Source of the DNA: an uncultured Flavobacteriales bacterium
GTDB taxonomy: Bacteria > Bacteroidota > Bacteroidia > Flavobacteriales_G > NORP312
NCBI GenBank assembly: GCA_905480125.1
Contig: CAJQPE010000002.1
Coordinates: forward strand, 989-64,988
Length of the DNA stretch: 64,000 nt
Direction of reading: 5' to 3'
Positions within the stretch are counted from its first letter, which is position 1. Each line of letters starts with the position of its first letter. The translations under genes and the position numbers were made by a program. The notes under the pieces are model-generated. The model did no database searches, was not told where the DNA came from, and was given only the letters and a program-made list of their open reading frames with translations. Below are positions 6,844 to 16,571 of this stretch, one piece after another.

Positions 6844-9311
6844 TAAAATAATGCTTCAATGGCTATTTTTTTAACCCCGGTACTTTCGGTTCCGTTCAGG
6901 TCAATTTTAGAGCTTTTGTCTAAAATAAATTCGTTTTTAACCTCCTTAAATTCAATACTTTTTGCAACAATTGACGCTGGACCAAATTCTGGTTTCTTTT
7001 GGTAAATTGCAAAACCGTATTTACATTTTTCAAAATTAACATTCTCTATTTTTCCTGTTGACAAATCTTTTGCGCTTACGCCTATTGCGGCACCTTCAAT
7101 ACTCGAGTTAACTGCCTCTACTGAAGAGTTTTCGCCTATACTAATTCCTTTATCTCCAATCCCTGTCATAATACAGTTTTCAACATAAATATCGCTCCCT
7201 GAAAAGTCTATCGCATCATTACCAATATTCTCGTAAGACGAATTCAATACTTTACCGACACAAAAGTCTCCGTCAAACGCGTCACTAAATACATTCTTAA
7301 ACAGTGAAGTGTCAACTACAAAAGATGATCGAATGATATTCAAGGCATCTTCACATTGGTTAGAAATAAAAGAACAATTAGAAACCGATACATCCGATTC
7401 ATAAAAAGTAACTGAGCCTGTCAATATCCAACCCTTATAATTTAACGTGTTCATATTTGAAAAATCAACATTTTCCAATCGTGATTCTTTATTCGCTTGA
7501 AGAACTGTAAATCCGTTTGCACTGCTATCACTTGAAATGATTTTAATTCTTTTTTCCTTTGTGCCCATTGCATAAACAGGAGAATAGCTTATTATTTTTG
7601 CTCCGTTAATCATGTCTAGAACAGTACCTGCTTCTATATGGAATTCATACCCTTTTGGAATGATGATGTTAGCTGAAAGAGAATATTCTCCCGTTGGAAT
7701 AACAATTTTATCTCCTTGAACGTTGCAAAGTTGGTTTAATCCTATTTCGAGAACTTCTTGCATCGGTGAATAAAATTTTGGTGCTGATTGTGGTATAATA
7801 TCCGAGCAGAATATTGAATCAATTCCCTCAGTGGTGTAATAAATTTTATCCCCTTTATTCTCGTTCATGTATGTCGACCAGCTTGGAGTATCTAACTCTT
7901 TATAGGCCTGCAAAATGAGTTTAGATCCCTTTGGATTTCTGTCATCGCCAATTCCCAAAATTGTAATGTTCCGGTAATGAACATTTAGCAGGTCGTAATG
8001 TCCTTCTGCTGAGCGATAGGCAACTATTGATACATTGTTAACCGGAATCGCTACTTCTACCGATTGTTTAATCTCCATGCTTTGGAAAGGAAAATTCATA
8101 TAAGCATTTCGATAATTTTTTAATTCACACCTTTTTTTAATTTTAGTAAGGTTTGCAGCTAAAAGGCCCTGGTCATATTGGTAATCGGCTCTTTCGGAAC
8201 CAATCAATTCCTGATACTCTAATAATTTATTCGAAATTTCTATCTGCAACTTATCAAGATAATCAATTGAAAAATACTCTTCTAAATAATAAAAGTATCT
8301 GTCTACAAATATAGAATCCTTAAAAGGTTCAATAGAAAAATTACCATTTAGAAATGGGCTCTCTCCTTTTTCATTGATATATCCTAAAAATGGTCGGTCA
8401 TCCCAATAATCTTGCTTTTTACCCATATAACCATCAAAACCAATTGGCTCTAGTTTACCTGTTACGCCATTATAATACCATCTTTGATTGTGGTAATACC
8501 AACCGTGATAGCTTTTGGTTATGTCTTTAATTGCCAGAAACTTCGCTAAACGATCAACATCATAAATATCAGACGTTTTGGCCTTCATAAATTGCTCTTG
8601 ATATAAAAGATTTCTAGCAATGTTGTATTGTTTATTAAGCGTTGGCCTACTATGTGTTTTCTTTTCACTAAATACATCAACCGATGCAGATCTAGCAAAT
8701 TCCACACCGCCAACTGTTTTCCCTTGATTTATTACTCTAGACTGCCATAGCGGGTCTTCATTAAACTTTACTATTGGCCCTTCTCTTCGTTTTTGTCTTT
8801 CTAATAACAGTTTTGTGAAGTGCTCTTCGAGAGCAAAAACACCCTTGCTAACTCCATTAATCGATAAATCACAAAACTCATATCTTGTAGTTAATATATC
8901 TTCTTTTTCCAAAAACTTATGATAAACCCATTCACTAAGGTCTCCTCTAGTTTCTGGCGCCTGAAAAGAAAATTCCTTCATCCCTAGCACGTAGTCTTCG
9001 CTTTTTACTTTGACTCTTAAAGACCATTTATTATCTTTAAGGTGGTCTGGCCAATCACCTTTAAGTCGAACCTTAACAGGAATTCTTTCTCCTTCAAAAA
9101 TCAAATCTGCCTTTACCCAGCTTAACAAATCAGAAGTAAGAACTTTATTTTTTATTGCCTGCGCTCTATCATTCTCGAGACTTTTAATCCCCTCGTTTGA
9201 AATTTCAAGGGAAAATGATAGTGAATTAATTTTTTCTTCTTCTTTTTTCTCTGACACATTGCATCCTAAAACGAAAAATGCAGCAATAATAATTGGTGAA
9301 ATTCTAAGCAT
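6840..9311 (-). CDS. Lipoprotein with a CotH-like domain followed by right-handed parallel beta-helix repeats
   Basis: Signal and lipobox are MLRISPIIIAAFFVLGC. The middle region (SYHGWYYHNQRWYYNGVTGKLEPIGFDGY) resembles the CotH family core. The C-terminal ~250 aa show PbH1-type repeats (NCSFISN.., GNDAIDFSGSDIYVENC, GIGDKGISIGENSSV). Confidence 0.5.
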   Translation of the reverse strand: MLRISPIIIAAFFVLGCNVSEKKEEEKINSLSFSLEISNEGIKSLENDRAQAIKNKVLTSDLLSWVKADLIFEGERIPVKVRLKGDWPDHLKDNKWSLRVKVKSEDYVLGMKEFSFQAPETRGDLSEWVYHKFLEKEDILTTRYEFCDLSINGVSKGVFALEEHFTKLLLERQKRREGPIVKFNEDPLWQSRVINQGKTVGGVEFARSASVDVFSEKKTHSRPTLNKQYNIARNLLYQEQFMKAKTSDIYDVDRLAKFLAIKDITKSYHGWYYHNQRWYYNGVTGKLEPIGFDGYMGKKQDYWDDRPFLGYINEKGESPFLNGNFSIEPFKDSIFVDRYFYYLEEYFSIDYLDKLQIEISNKLLEYQELIGSERADYQYDQGLLAANLTKIKKRCELKNYRNAYMNFPFQSMEIKQSVEVAIPVNNVSIVAYRSAEGHYDLLNVHYRNITILGIGDDRNPKGSKLILQAYKELDTPSWSTYMNENKGDKIYYTTEGIDSIFCSDIIPQSAPKFYSPMQEVLEIGLNQLCNVQGDKIVIPTGEYSLSANIIIPKGYEFHIEAGTVLDMINGAKIISYSPVYAMGTKEKRIKIISSDSSANGFTVLQANKESRLENVDFSNMNTLNYKGWILTGSVTFYESDVSVSNCSFISNQCEDALNIIRSSFVVDTSLFKNVFSDAFDGDFCVGKVLNSSYENIGNDAIDFSGSDIYVENCIMTGIGDKGISIGENSSVEAVNSSIEGAAIGVSAKDLSTGKIENVNFEKCKYGFAIYQKKPEFGPASIVAKSIEFKEVKNEFILDKSSKIDLNGTESTGVKKIAIEALFY

Positions 9312-9387
9312 CGTTAATAACAGTTAAGCGTTCAAAAGTAATATTTCTAACCCCCGAATCTAATCGAACTTTCGTCAACTTTGTTTT

Positions 9388-11907
9388 ATGTCGGAACAGC
9401 CACCATCAAAAAAACGATTTAAAAAATTTATCTTCTTTTTTTGGTTGTCAGTTTTAGGGCCAGGAATAGGAATTACGGTCATTATGTTTTTGGCTGCCAA
9501 TAATTATCTGGGAACATTACCCACGTTTGAAGAATTAGAGAGTCCGAATAGCAACTTAGCTACAGAGATTTATTCCTCTGATGGCAAAATTTTAGGAAAG
9601 TATTTTAAAGAAAATAGAACCAATATTATTTATGATGACTTATCCCCGCACCTTGTCAACGCGCTTGTAGCGACCGAAGACGAAAGATTTTATTCTCATT
9701 CTGGTGTTGATTTTAAAGGTCTTGTGCGAGCAGTTTTGTACGTGGGGACTAAAGGAGGGGCAAGCACTGTTACCCAGCAGTTATCGAAAATGCTCTTTAC
9801 CAAAAAGCCTGCGCACAAACTCGAAAGAATAAAACAGAAAATGAAAGAATGGGTAATTGCAGGCAGACTAGAAAGGCAATATACCAAAAACGAAATTATT
9901 GCCTTGTATTTCAACAAATTAGACTTTGTAAATAATGCGGTTGGAATAAAGTCAGCATCGTATGTTTATTTTGGCATGAATCCAAATATGTTGCAAATCG
10001 AGCAAGCTGCGTTATTGGTTGGAATGGCGAAAAATCCCTCACTATTTAATCCTATAAGAAGGCCTGATACTGCGTTACACAGAAGAAATGTTGTGTTATA
10101 CCAAATGAGAAAAAATGATTTTATTTCCACAATCGAGTATGATTCATTAACTCAAATTCCATTGGGGCTAGAGTATAATGTTGTTGATCACAAAGAAGGA
10201 CTAGCCCCCTATTTTAGAGAAATTCTCCGTTCTCAGGTAAAAAATGTTTTTAGTGAAAAAAATGATTTGGGCAATTATAAACACCATAAGCCAGGTGAGC
10301 CAAAGGAGCCTTATAATATCTACAAAGACGGATTAAAAATCTATACAACCATTGATTCTCGATTACAGAAATATGCAGAACAAGCGATTACTACACATCT
10401 AAAAACCGAATTACAAGACGATCTTTTTAGAGACTTAAAAAAACGTAGTAAAAAGAAGTATCCTTTTGACTGGCGAGTTACTGAAGAGCAAGTAACCGAT
10501 ATTCTTAATAGGGCCATGAAAAAAACACAGCGTTACCGAATTCTAACAGGAAAAGAATGTACAAATTGCGGAAGAAGGGGGAAGTTCATTACTAGGTCGG
10601 TTAAAAAAAATGGTGCTGAAGTGTTTATTTGCTCTGCTGATGACTGCTTGTATGAAAAACATGCGATACCCGAGGATTCAATATACATAATGTTCAACAC
10701 GCCAGACACGATGAGAGTATTTACCTGGGGCGGAGAAAGAGATACTATAATGACACCAATGGATAGCATCCGTTATTACAAAAGCTTTCTGCAAGCGGGT
10801 CTGATGTCAATGGATCCGAACACTGGATTTATAAAAGCCTGGGTAGGCGGCATAGATTACCACCACTTTAAATACGACCACGTAAAACAAGGAAAACGGC
10901 AAGTGGGCTCAACTTTTAAGCCGTTTGTTTATTCTTTAGCAATTCAAAATGGTTTATCTCCCTGCTATGAGGTACCGAATGTCCCAGTTATCTTTCAAAA
11001 AGATAAATGGGGAATGGAAGACGATTGGTCCCCAAAAAATTCGGATGGTTTATATGGTTGCAATGTTTCTCTTAAATATGGGTTGGCTAATTCTATGAAT
11101 ACTGTTACCGCGTGGGTTTTAAGCCAGTATGGGTCTGATGCTCCCCAAAACGTAATACGTCTAGCTCGAAAAATGGGAATTACTAGCTACCTTCCCCCTG
11201 TTCCTTCGATTTGCTTGGGTGTAGCCGATTTATCACTATTCGAAATGGTTGGTGCAAATTCTACATTCGTAAATAAAGGCGTTTGGACGGAGCCCATTTT
11301 CATCACTCGAATTGAAGACAAAAATGGAAATGTAATTCAAGATTTTATACCCGAAACACGGGAGGCAATGAGCGAAGAAACAGCATACGTTATGCTTAAC
11401 TTAATGAAAGGAGTTGTTGACGGTGTTTATAGCCAGTGCATGGGAGATAAAATGAAGGCAAATCGTGACAAAAATGGAAGGGGTTCTGTGATGTATCGAC
11501 CTGGAACAGGTATGAGAATTAGAGGGCGAAAAACAGAACAAAGACCTTATGCAGGAATAAAATACCCAATGGCGGGTAAAACTGGCACAACACAAAACAA
11601 CTCAGATGGTTGGTTTATGGGGTTAACTCCAGATTTAGTGACCGGCGTTTGGGTTGGTGCAGAAGATAGGGGTGTTCGTTTTTCAAGAACAACACTTGGC
11701 CAAGGTGCAAATACAGCGCTCCCAATATATGGTTATTATATGAACGATGCGTACGAAGATGAAGACATTTTAATTTCAAAAAAGGACTTTGAAAAACCCA
11801 AGAAACCATTATCCATAGAATTGAATTGTACTCGCTATAAATATTCTAATAGCAATACTAACTCTCGTTCGGGAGGAGATGTTAACTTTGGCGATGATGA
11901 TTTTTAA
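9388..11907 (+). CDS. mrcA: Class A penicillin-binding protein (PBP1A-type transglycosylase/transpeptidase)
   Basis: GT51 motifs are ATEDERFYSHSGVD and GASTVTQQL. Transpeptidase motifs are GSTFKP (SxxK), SMN (SxN) and KTGTT. There is an N-terminal TM anchor. Confidence 0.9.
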   Translation: MSEQPPSKKRFKKFIFFFWLSVLGPGIGITVIMFLAANNYLGTLPTFEELESPNSNLATEIYSSDGKILGKYFKENRTNIIYDDLSPHLVNALVATEDERFYSHSGVDFKGLVRAVLYVGTKGGASTVTQQLSKMLFTKKPAHKLERIKQKMKEWVIAGRLERQYTKNEIIALYFNKLDFVNNAVGIKSASYVYFGMNPNMLQIEQAALLVGMAKNPSLFNPIRRPDTALHRRNVVLYQMRKNDFISTIEYDSLTQIPLGLEYNVVDHKEGLAPYFREILRSQVKNVFSEKNDLGNYKHHKPGEPKEPYNIYKDGLKIYTTIDSRLQKYAEQAITTHLKTELQDDLFRDLKKRSKKKYPFDWRVTEEQVTDILNRAMKKTQRYRILTGKECTNCGRRGKFITRSVKKNGAEVFICSADDCLYEKHAIPEDSIYIMFNTPDTMRVFTWGGERDTIMTPMDSIRYYKSFLQAGLMSMDPNTGFIKAWVGGIDYHHFKYDHVKQGKRQVGSTFKPFVYSLAIQNGLSPCYEVPNVPVIFQKDKWGMEDDWSPKNSDGLYGCNVSLKYGLANSMNTVTAWVLSQYGSDAPQNVIRLARKMGITSYLPPVPSICLGVADLSLFEMVGANSTFVNKGVWTEPIFITRIEDKNGNVIQDFIPETREAMSEETAYVMLNLMKGVVDGVYSQCMGDKMKANRDKNGRGSVMYRPGTGMRIRGRKTEQRPYAGIKYPMAGKTGTTQNNSDGWFMGLTPDLVTGVWVGAEDRGVRFSRTTLGQGANTALPIYGYYMNDAYEDEDILISKKDFEKPKKPLSIELNCTRYKYSNSNTNSRSGGDVNFGDDDF

Positions 11908-11918
11908 ATGCACCTCGA

Positions 11919-12617
11919 ATGAACAAAGTTGTAGCAAATAGCAATAAAGCTATTGAAGGTATCAAAGATGGAATGACATTAATGTTGGGCGGTTTTGGTC
12001 TATGTGGCATCCCCGAAAACTGCATCGGTTCACTAGTAAAAAAAAGAATAACCAATTTAACTTGTATTTCGAACAATGCTGGCGTTGATGATTTCGGGCT
12101 CGGGTTATTATTACAGCAGCGGCAAATTAAAAAAATGATTTCCTCATACGTTGGAGAAAACGATGAGTTTGAACGACAAATGCTTAATGGAGAATTGGAG
12201 GTTGATTTAATTCCTCAGGGATCTTTAGCCGAAAGATGCAGAGCTGGTGGTGCAGGAATTCCTGCCTTTTTTACCCCTGCAGGATTTGGAACTGAAGTTG
12301 CAGAAGGAAAAGAGATTAGAGAGTTTAACGGAAAGCCGCATATACTTGAGTCTGCTTTAACGGCTGATTTTGCAATTGTAAAGGCTTGGAAAGGAGATCC
12401 GTTTGGTAACTTAATTTTTAAGGGAACGGCTAGAAATTTTAATCCTGTAATGGCAATGGCAGGAAAAATAACCATTGCAGAGGTTGAAGAATTAGTTGAA
12501 CCTGGAGAACTTGACCCAAATCAAATTCATACCCCTGGCATATTTGTTCAGCGAATATTTCAAGGGGTTGATTATGAAAAAAGAATTGAGCAGAGAACCG
12601 TTCGTTCAAAAAACTAA
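11919..12617 (+). CDS. scoA: 3-oxoacid CoA-transferase subunit A
   Basis: At 232 aa it has an N-terminus (NKAIEGIKDGMTLMLGGFGLCGIPE) typical of the CoA-transferase family I alpha subunit. It is followed directly by the beta subunit. Confidence 0.85.
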   Translation: MNKVVANSNKAIEGIKDGMTLMLGGFGLCGIPENCIGSLVKKRITNLTCISNNAGVDDFGLGLLLQQRQIKKMISSYVGENDEFERQMLNGELEVDLIPQGSLAERCRAGGAGIPAFFTPAGFGTEVAEGKEIREFNGKPHILESALTADFAIVKAWKGDPFGNLIFKGTARNFNPVMAMAGKITIAEVEELVEPGELDPNQIHTPGIFVQRIFQGVDYEKRIEQRTVRSKN

Positions 12618-12633
12618 ATATCAAAATTTAGGT

Positions 12634-13290
12634 ATGTTAGATAAAGTAGGTATTGTAAAAAGGATAGCGCAAGAGTTGCAAGATGGTTGGTACGTAAATT
12701 TAGGAATAGGAATCCCTACACTTGTCGCCAACTATATTCCTCAAGGAATTAGCGTTGAATTTCAATCTGAAAATGGACTTTTAGGCATGGGGGCATTTCC
12801 ATATGATGGGGAGGAAGATGCTGATTTGATAAATGCAGGTAAGCAAACCGTTACACTTCTTCCAGGAGCCACATTATTTGATTCTGCTACAAGTTTTGCA
12901 ATGATTAGGGGTCAGCACGTTCAACTAACTGTTCTAGGAGCAATGGAAGTCGCTGAAAATGGCGACATTGCTAACTGGAAAATTCCTGGAAGAATGGTTA
13001 AAGGTATGGGTGGTGCTATGGATTTGGTTGCCTCTGCTGAAAATATTATTGTAGCAATGATGCACACTAATAAAAAAGGTGAATCAAAAATACTTAGCAA
13101 CTGTACTTTACCATTAACTGGTGTTGCTTGCGTAAAAAAAGTAGTAACCAATCTTGCTGTTATGGAAATAAAAGATGGGGCATTCCATCTAATTGAAAGA
13201 GCTCCAGGGGTTTCTGTGGAAGAAATTCAAAATGCAACGGAAGGAACCTTAATTGTTGAAGGAGAAATTCCTGAAATGCAATTGGATTAA
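12634..13290 (+). CDS. scoB: 3-oxoacid CoA-transferase subunit B
   Basis: It contains the catalytic-Glu motif FQSENGLLG. I take the start at MLDKVGIVKRIA (12634), just after the scoA stop, which gives ~218 aa. The listed 12496 start overlaps scoA. Confidence 0.85.
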   Translation: MLDKVGIVKRIAQELQDGWYVNLGIGIPTLVANYIPQGISVEFQSENGLLGMGAFPYDGEEDADLINAGKQTVTLLPGATLFDSATSFAMIRGQHVQLTVLGAMEVAENGDIANWKIPGRMVKGMGGAMDLVASAENIIVAMMHTNKKGESKILSNCTLPLTGVACVKKVVTNLAVMEIKDGAFHLIERAPGVSVEEIQNATEGTLIVEGEIPEMQLD

Positions 13291-13313
13291 TCTATAAAAA
13301 CAGCTCCGCTTAG

Positions 13314-13345
13314 GCCATCTTTAAAATTAAACGATGGCATTTTCG
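13314..13345 (+). terminator. Weak candidate intrinsic terminator after scoB
   Basis: GCCATC (13314-13319) pairs with GATGGC (13333-13338), followed by ATTTTC. The stem is only 6 bp with a 13-nt loop, so this is tentative. Confidence 0.25.
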
Positions 13346-13503
13346 CAAGAAATGATACATACAATCAGAATTGAACATGCGATCAAAAAACGAATCATTC
13401 ATGCCGGCATATGCCAACAATACCAAAACGCACAATAAGCAATACTGATTAAAAAAAGCACCTTGTTTGTCAAAACACTAACAAAAGTAATTTTCTCGTT
13501 AAA

Positions 13504-15315
13504 CTATTCTACAACTAAATTCTTTTGTTTAGATGCTTGTACTGCTTTTATGTCTGCCAATTCTCCTTTAGGAATGGCATTAATCAACCCTTTTGTGTAA
13601 TCTGATTGCGGATTGTTGTATATTTCATCGGCATCACCCATCTCTTCGATTTTCCCTTGATTCATGACAATCATTCTGTCGGCCATAAACTTGACAACTG
13701 ATAAATCGTGTGAAATAAAAATGTAAGTAAAATTAAATTCATCTCGAAGCTCATTCAGTAAATTAAGTACTTGGGCTTGAACTGAAACATCAAGTGCAGA
13801 AACTGACTCATCGCAAATAATAAACTGTGGGTTTAGTGCTAAAGCTCGGGCAATACAAATTCTTTGTCTTTGCCCTCCGGAAAACTCATGAGGATAGCGA
13901 TAGAAATGTTCTTTCCCCATATTTACTCTTACCAACAACTCAACAACGCGATTCATTTGTTCTTCTTCTGAACTTAATATATTATGAACTCGCATTGGCT
14001 CCATAATAGCTTCGCCAACTGTTAAGCGCGGGTTTAAGGAAGAATATGGGTCTTGAAAAACAATCTGCATATCTTTACGGTAATTCCTCAACTCCTTAGA
14101 AGAAAGAGTACCTAAGTCTATTCCGTTATAAATAATCTGACCTCCATTATTGTTAACTAATCTTAGAATTGTTCTCCCTAAAGTTGTCTTTCCGCAACCA
14201 GATTCCCCAACCAATCCTAGCGTTTCCCCAGGATAAACATCAAACGTTACATCGTCAACAGCTTTAACAACCTTAGTTACATTACCGAAAATATTCTTCT
14301 CAAGCGGGAAATATGTTCTTAACCCTTTTACCTTTAAAACGGGCTCATGGGCATACATTGCTTTATGGCGTTTTCTCCGCTCTTCTTTAGAAATTAACAA
14401 CTTACTTACAACCTGTTCTACTGATTTATCAACTTCTTGAAGGTCGCCTTCAACATCAAACTGCATAAAATCTTTGATAGTAGGTAACCAATGTAGTCTT
14501 TTATTCATAGGTGGTCGGCATGCCAATAAGCCTTTTGTATATGGGTGCCTAGGGCTCGAGAAAACATCCCAAACACTTCCTTGCTCAACAATTTTACCCT
14601 TATACATTACAACGACCTTGTCTGCTAACTCTGCAATAACACCAAGATCATGCGTGATAAACAAAATCCCCATGTCTTGTTCCCTCTGCAGTTGGTTCAT
14701 TAGGTGCAAAATTGTGTTTTGTACCGTAACGTCAAGAGCTGTTGTTGGTTCATCAGCAATTAGAATTTTTGGCTGACAAGACATCGCCATTGCAATCATT
14801 ACCCTTTGCTTCTGTCCTCCCGATATTTGATGAGGATATGCATCAAACATTGCTTCTGGTCTTGGCAATTCAACTTGTTTAAATAAAGCTATAGTTTTTT
14901 TCTTCGCTTCATTTTTCGATACCTTTTGATGCAAAATAATTGCTTCTGCAACTTGGTTTCCACATGTGTAGACTGGGTTAAGTGAAGTCATTGGCTCCTG
15001 AAAAATCATAGCAATATCGTTGCCGCGAAGACCTCTCATCTCTACTTCAGAAGCTTTAGTTAGATCTATTTTCTCCCCGTTTTCTTTATGAAAAATGATC
15101 TCGCCTCCTGTAATTCTGCCTGGTGGATCTGGAATTAATCGCATAACAGACAACGAAGTAACAGATTTCCCCGAGCCAGACTCGCCAACAACACCAATTG
15201 TTTCTCCTCTATTTAGCGTAAAGCTAATATTGTTAACGGCCTTTACAACCTCGTCTTCCGTTTGAAATTCGGTGACAAGATTCTTAACTTCTAATAAAAT
15301 ATTTTGATCTTTCAA
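13504..15315 (-). CDS. ABC transporter ATP-binding protein with duplicated ATPase domains (oligopeptide/dipeptide DppD-DppF fusion type)
   Basis: There are two Walker A motifs (GESGSGKS, GESGCGKT), two signature motifs (ISGGQKQR, FSGGQRQR) and two Walker B motifs (ILIADEPT, FIICDESV). The apparent start is TTG at 15315. Confidence 0.85.
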   Translation of the reverse strand: MKDQNILLEVKNLVTEFQTEDEVVKAVNNISFTLNRGETIGVVGESGSGKSVTSLSVMRLIPDPPGRITGGEIIFHKENGEKIDLTKASEVEMRGLRGNDIAMIFQEPMTSLNPVYTCGNQVAEAIILHQKVSKNEAKKKTIALFKQVELPRPEAMFDAYPHQISGGQKQRVMIAMAMSCQPKILIADEPTTALDVTVQNTILHLMNQLQREQDMGILFITHDLGVIAELADKVVVMYKGKIVEQGSVWDVFSSPRHPYTKGLLACRPPMNKRLHWLPTIKDFMQFDVEGDLQEVDKSVEQVVSKLLISKEERRKRHKAMYAHEPVLKVKGLRTYFPLEKNIFGNVTKVVKAVDDVTFDVYPGETLGLVGESGCGKTTLGRTILRLVNNNGGQIIYNGIDLGTLSSKELRNYRKDMQIVFQDPYSSLNPRLTVGEAIMEPMRVHNILSSEEEQMNRVVELLVRVNMGKEHFYRYPHEFSGGQRQRICIARALALNPQFIICDESVSALDVSVQAQVLNLLNELRDEFNFTYIFISHDLSVVKFMADRMIVMNQGKIEEMGDADEIYNNPQSDYTKGLINAIPKGELADIKAVQASKQKNLVVE

Positions 15316-15439
15316 CGTTCCTGGCCTCTAGTGGAAAGTAAAAATATATCATATCTCTTTACAAAACAACTAATAACTGACATTTAGATTATTACCCTTT
15401 TTTGAGCGATGAAATCACGAACAAAATTGAGTATAAGAC

Positions 15440-16165
15440 TCAAGAAACGCTAACGTTCTCTGGTTTTATCAATGGTAAGTTTTTATACCGTAATAAAAGC
15501 TGCGCTACCGTTAATACATCTTTTTCGCAATAGGTTGCGATACGTCTTAAGTCCTTGTCTTGCCAATAAACTCTCCAAACATCGCTTCCATCAATATCAT
15601 CTTTTGGAGTTGGGATGTCAAAAATTGCACAAAGTAAATTTAATGCCGTATAGCGTTTATAATCTCCAAATTTCCATAACTCCATAGTGTCGAGGTGAGC
15701 AATTTCCCATGGTTTTTTCCCCGAAATGTCTAGTGTTTTAGGTAGTTTAATTCCGTTAACTAACATTCTACGGCAGATATAAGGAAAGTCAAATTCTTTA
15801 GAATTGTGCCCGCAAAGAATATCATCTGCGTTATTGTAATGTGTATTTAAAAGTATTGCAAATTCTTCGAGAAGCTTCTTTTCGTCATCTCCGTAAAATG
15901 ACTTTAACCTAAACTCAAGGTTTTTCTCTTCACCATGAACCATGCCCACAGAGATGCAAACTATTTTACCGAACTCTGAATAGATTCCTGCTCTATTATA
16001 AATTTCTTCAACAGTTTGCGGCACCTCATCTCTTTGAGTTAGCTGTTTAGCTTTTTTATCCCATAAACCTGACATCCTTTCAGACAAGTCTTTATACCTA
16101 GATTGCTGCGGAACAGTTTCTATGTCCAAAAAAAGGACTTTATCTAATTTAAGGTTGTTTAGCAT
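15440..16165 (-). CDS. Predicted 3'-5' exonuclease (RNase H-like fold, PolB-exonuclease-related family)
   Basis: The N-terminal VLFLDIETVP acidic motif, GHNSKEFDFPY and a C-terminal YCEKDV match the DEDD-type PolB-exo-like family widespread in Bacteroidota. This is from memory of the family, not a search. Confidence 0.6.
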   Translation of the reverse strand: MLNNLKLDKVLFLDIETVPQQSRYKDLSERMSGLWDKKAKQLTQRDEVPQTVEEIYNRAGIYSEFGKIVCISVGMVHGEEKNLEFRLKSFYGDDEKKLLEEFAILLNTHYNNADDILCGHNSKEFDFPYICRRMLVNGIKLPKTLDISGKKPWEIAHLDTMELWKFGDYKRYTALNLLCAIFDIPTPKDDIDGSDVWRVYWQDKDLRRIATYCEKDVLTVAQLLLRYKNLPLIKPENVSVS

Positions 16166-16166
16166 A

Positions 16167-16571
16167 TTACTTTATCATTACGCCAGGTTTATTTATAATA
16201 GGTATATTAATTAAATGGTCGTTTTGAACACTTTCTGCGAGAAATACAAACTTCTTATCATACATCACAGAATTGTTATAAAAACTTAGCCAATACTCAT
16301 TATTCAAACCAAAAAGCTCTTCTTGAATTGGCTCAATTTTTTTAAATGAATTTGCCGCTATTTTGTCTAAAAAATGTCTAAGTACAGATGTTTTTACTTC
16401 TTCTCCCTCTTTCTTTCCATAACCTTTTGACGTAACCAAAACACCTTCAATTTCTTGATTTTTCAAGTTAATTATATAAACACTCCATTCCGACTCTTTA
16501 AGATTATTTTGTTCCCTTACAATAGCAAGCGCAACGTTTTCAACTTTTGGTATTATAATATCTTCTTTCAC
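16167..16571 (-). CDS. Hypothetical protein (134 aa), no recognisable domain
   Basis: The ORF has a GTG start forming a GTGA overlap with the upstream gene's stop. Its own stop lies 1 nt from the exonuclease start. The coding call rests on this tight coupling. Confidence 0.5.
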   Translation of the reverse strand: MKEDIIIPKVENVALAIVREQNNLKESEWSVYIINLKNQEIEGVLVTSKGYGKKEGEEVKTSVLRHFLDKIAANSFKKIEPIQEELFGLNNEYWLSFYNNSVMYDKKFVFLAESVQNDHLINIPIINKPGVMIK

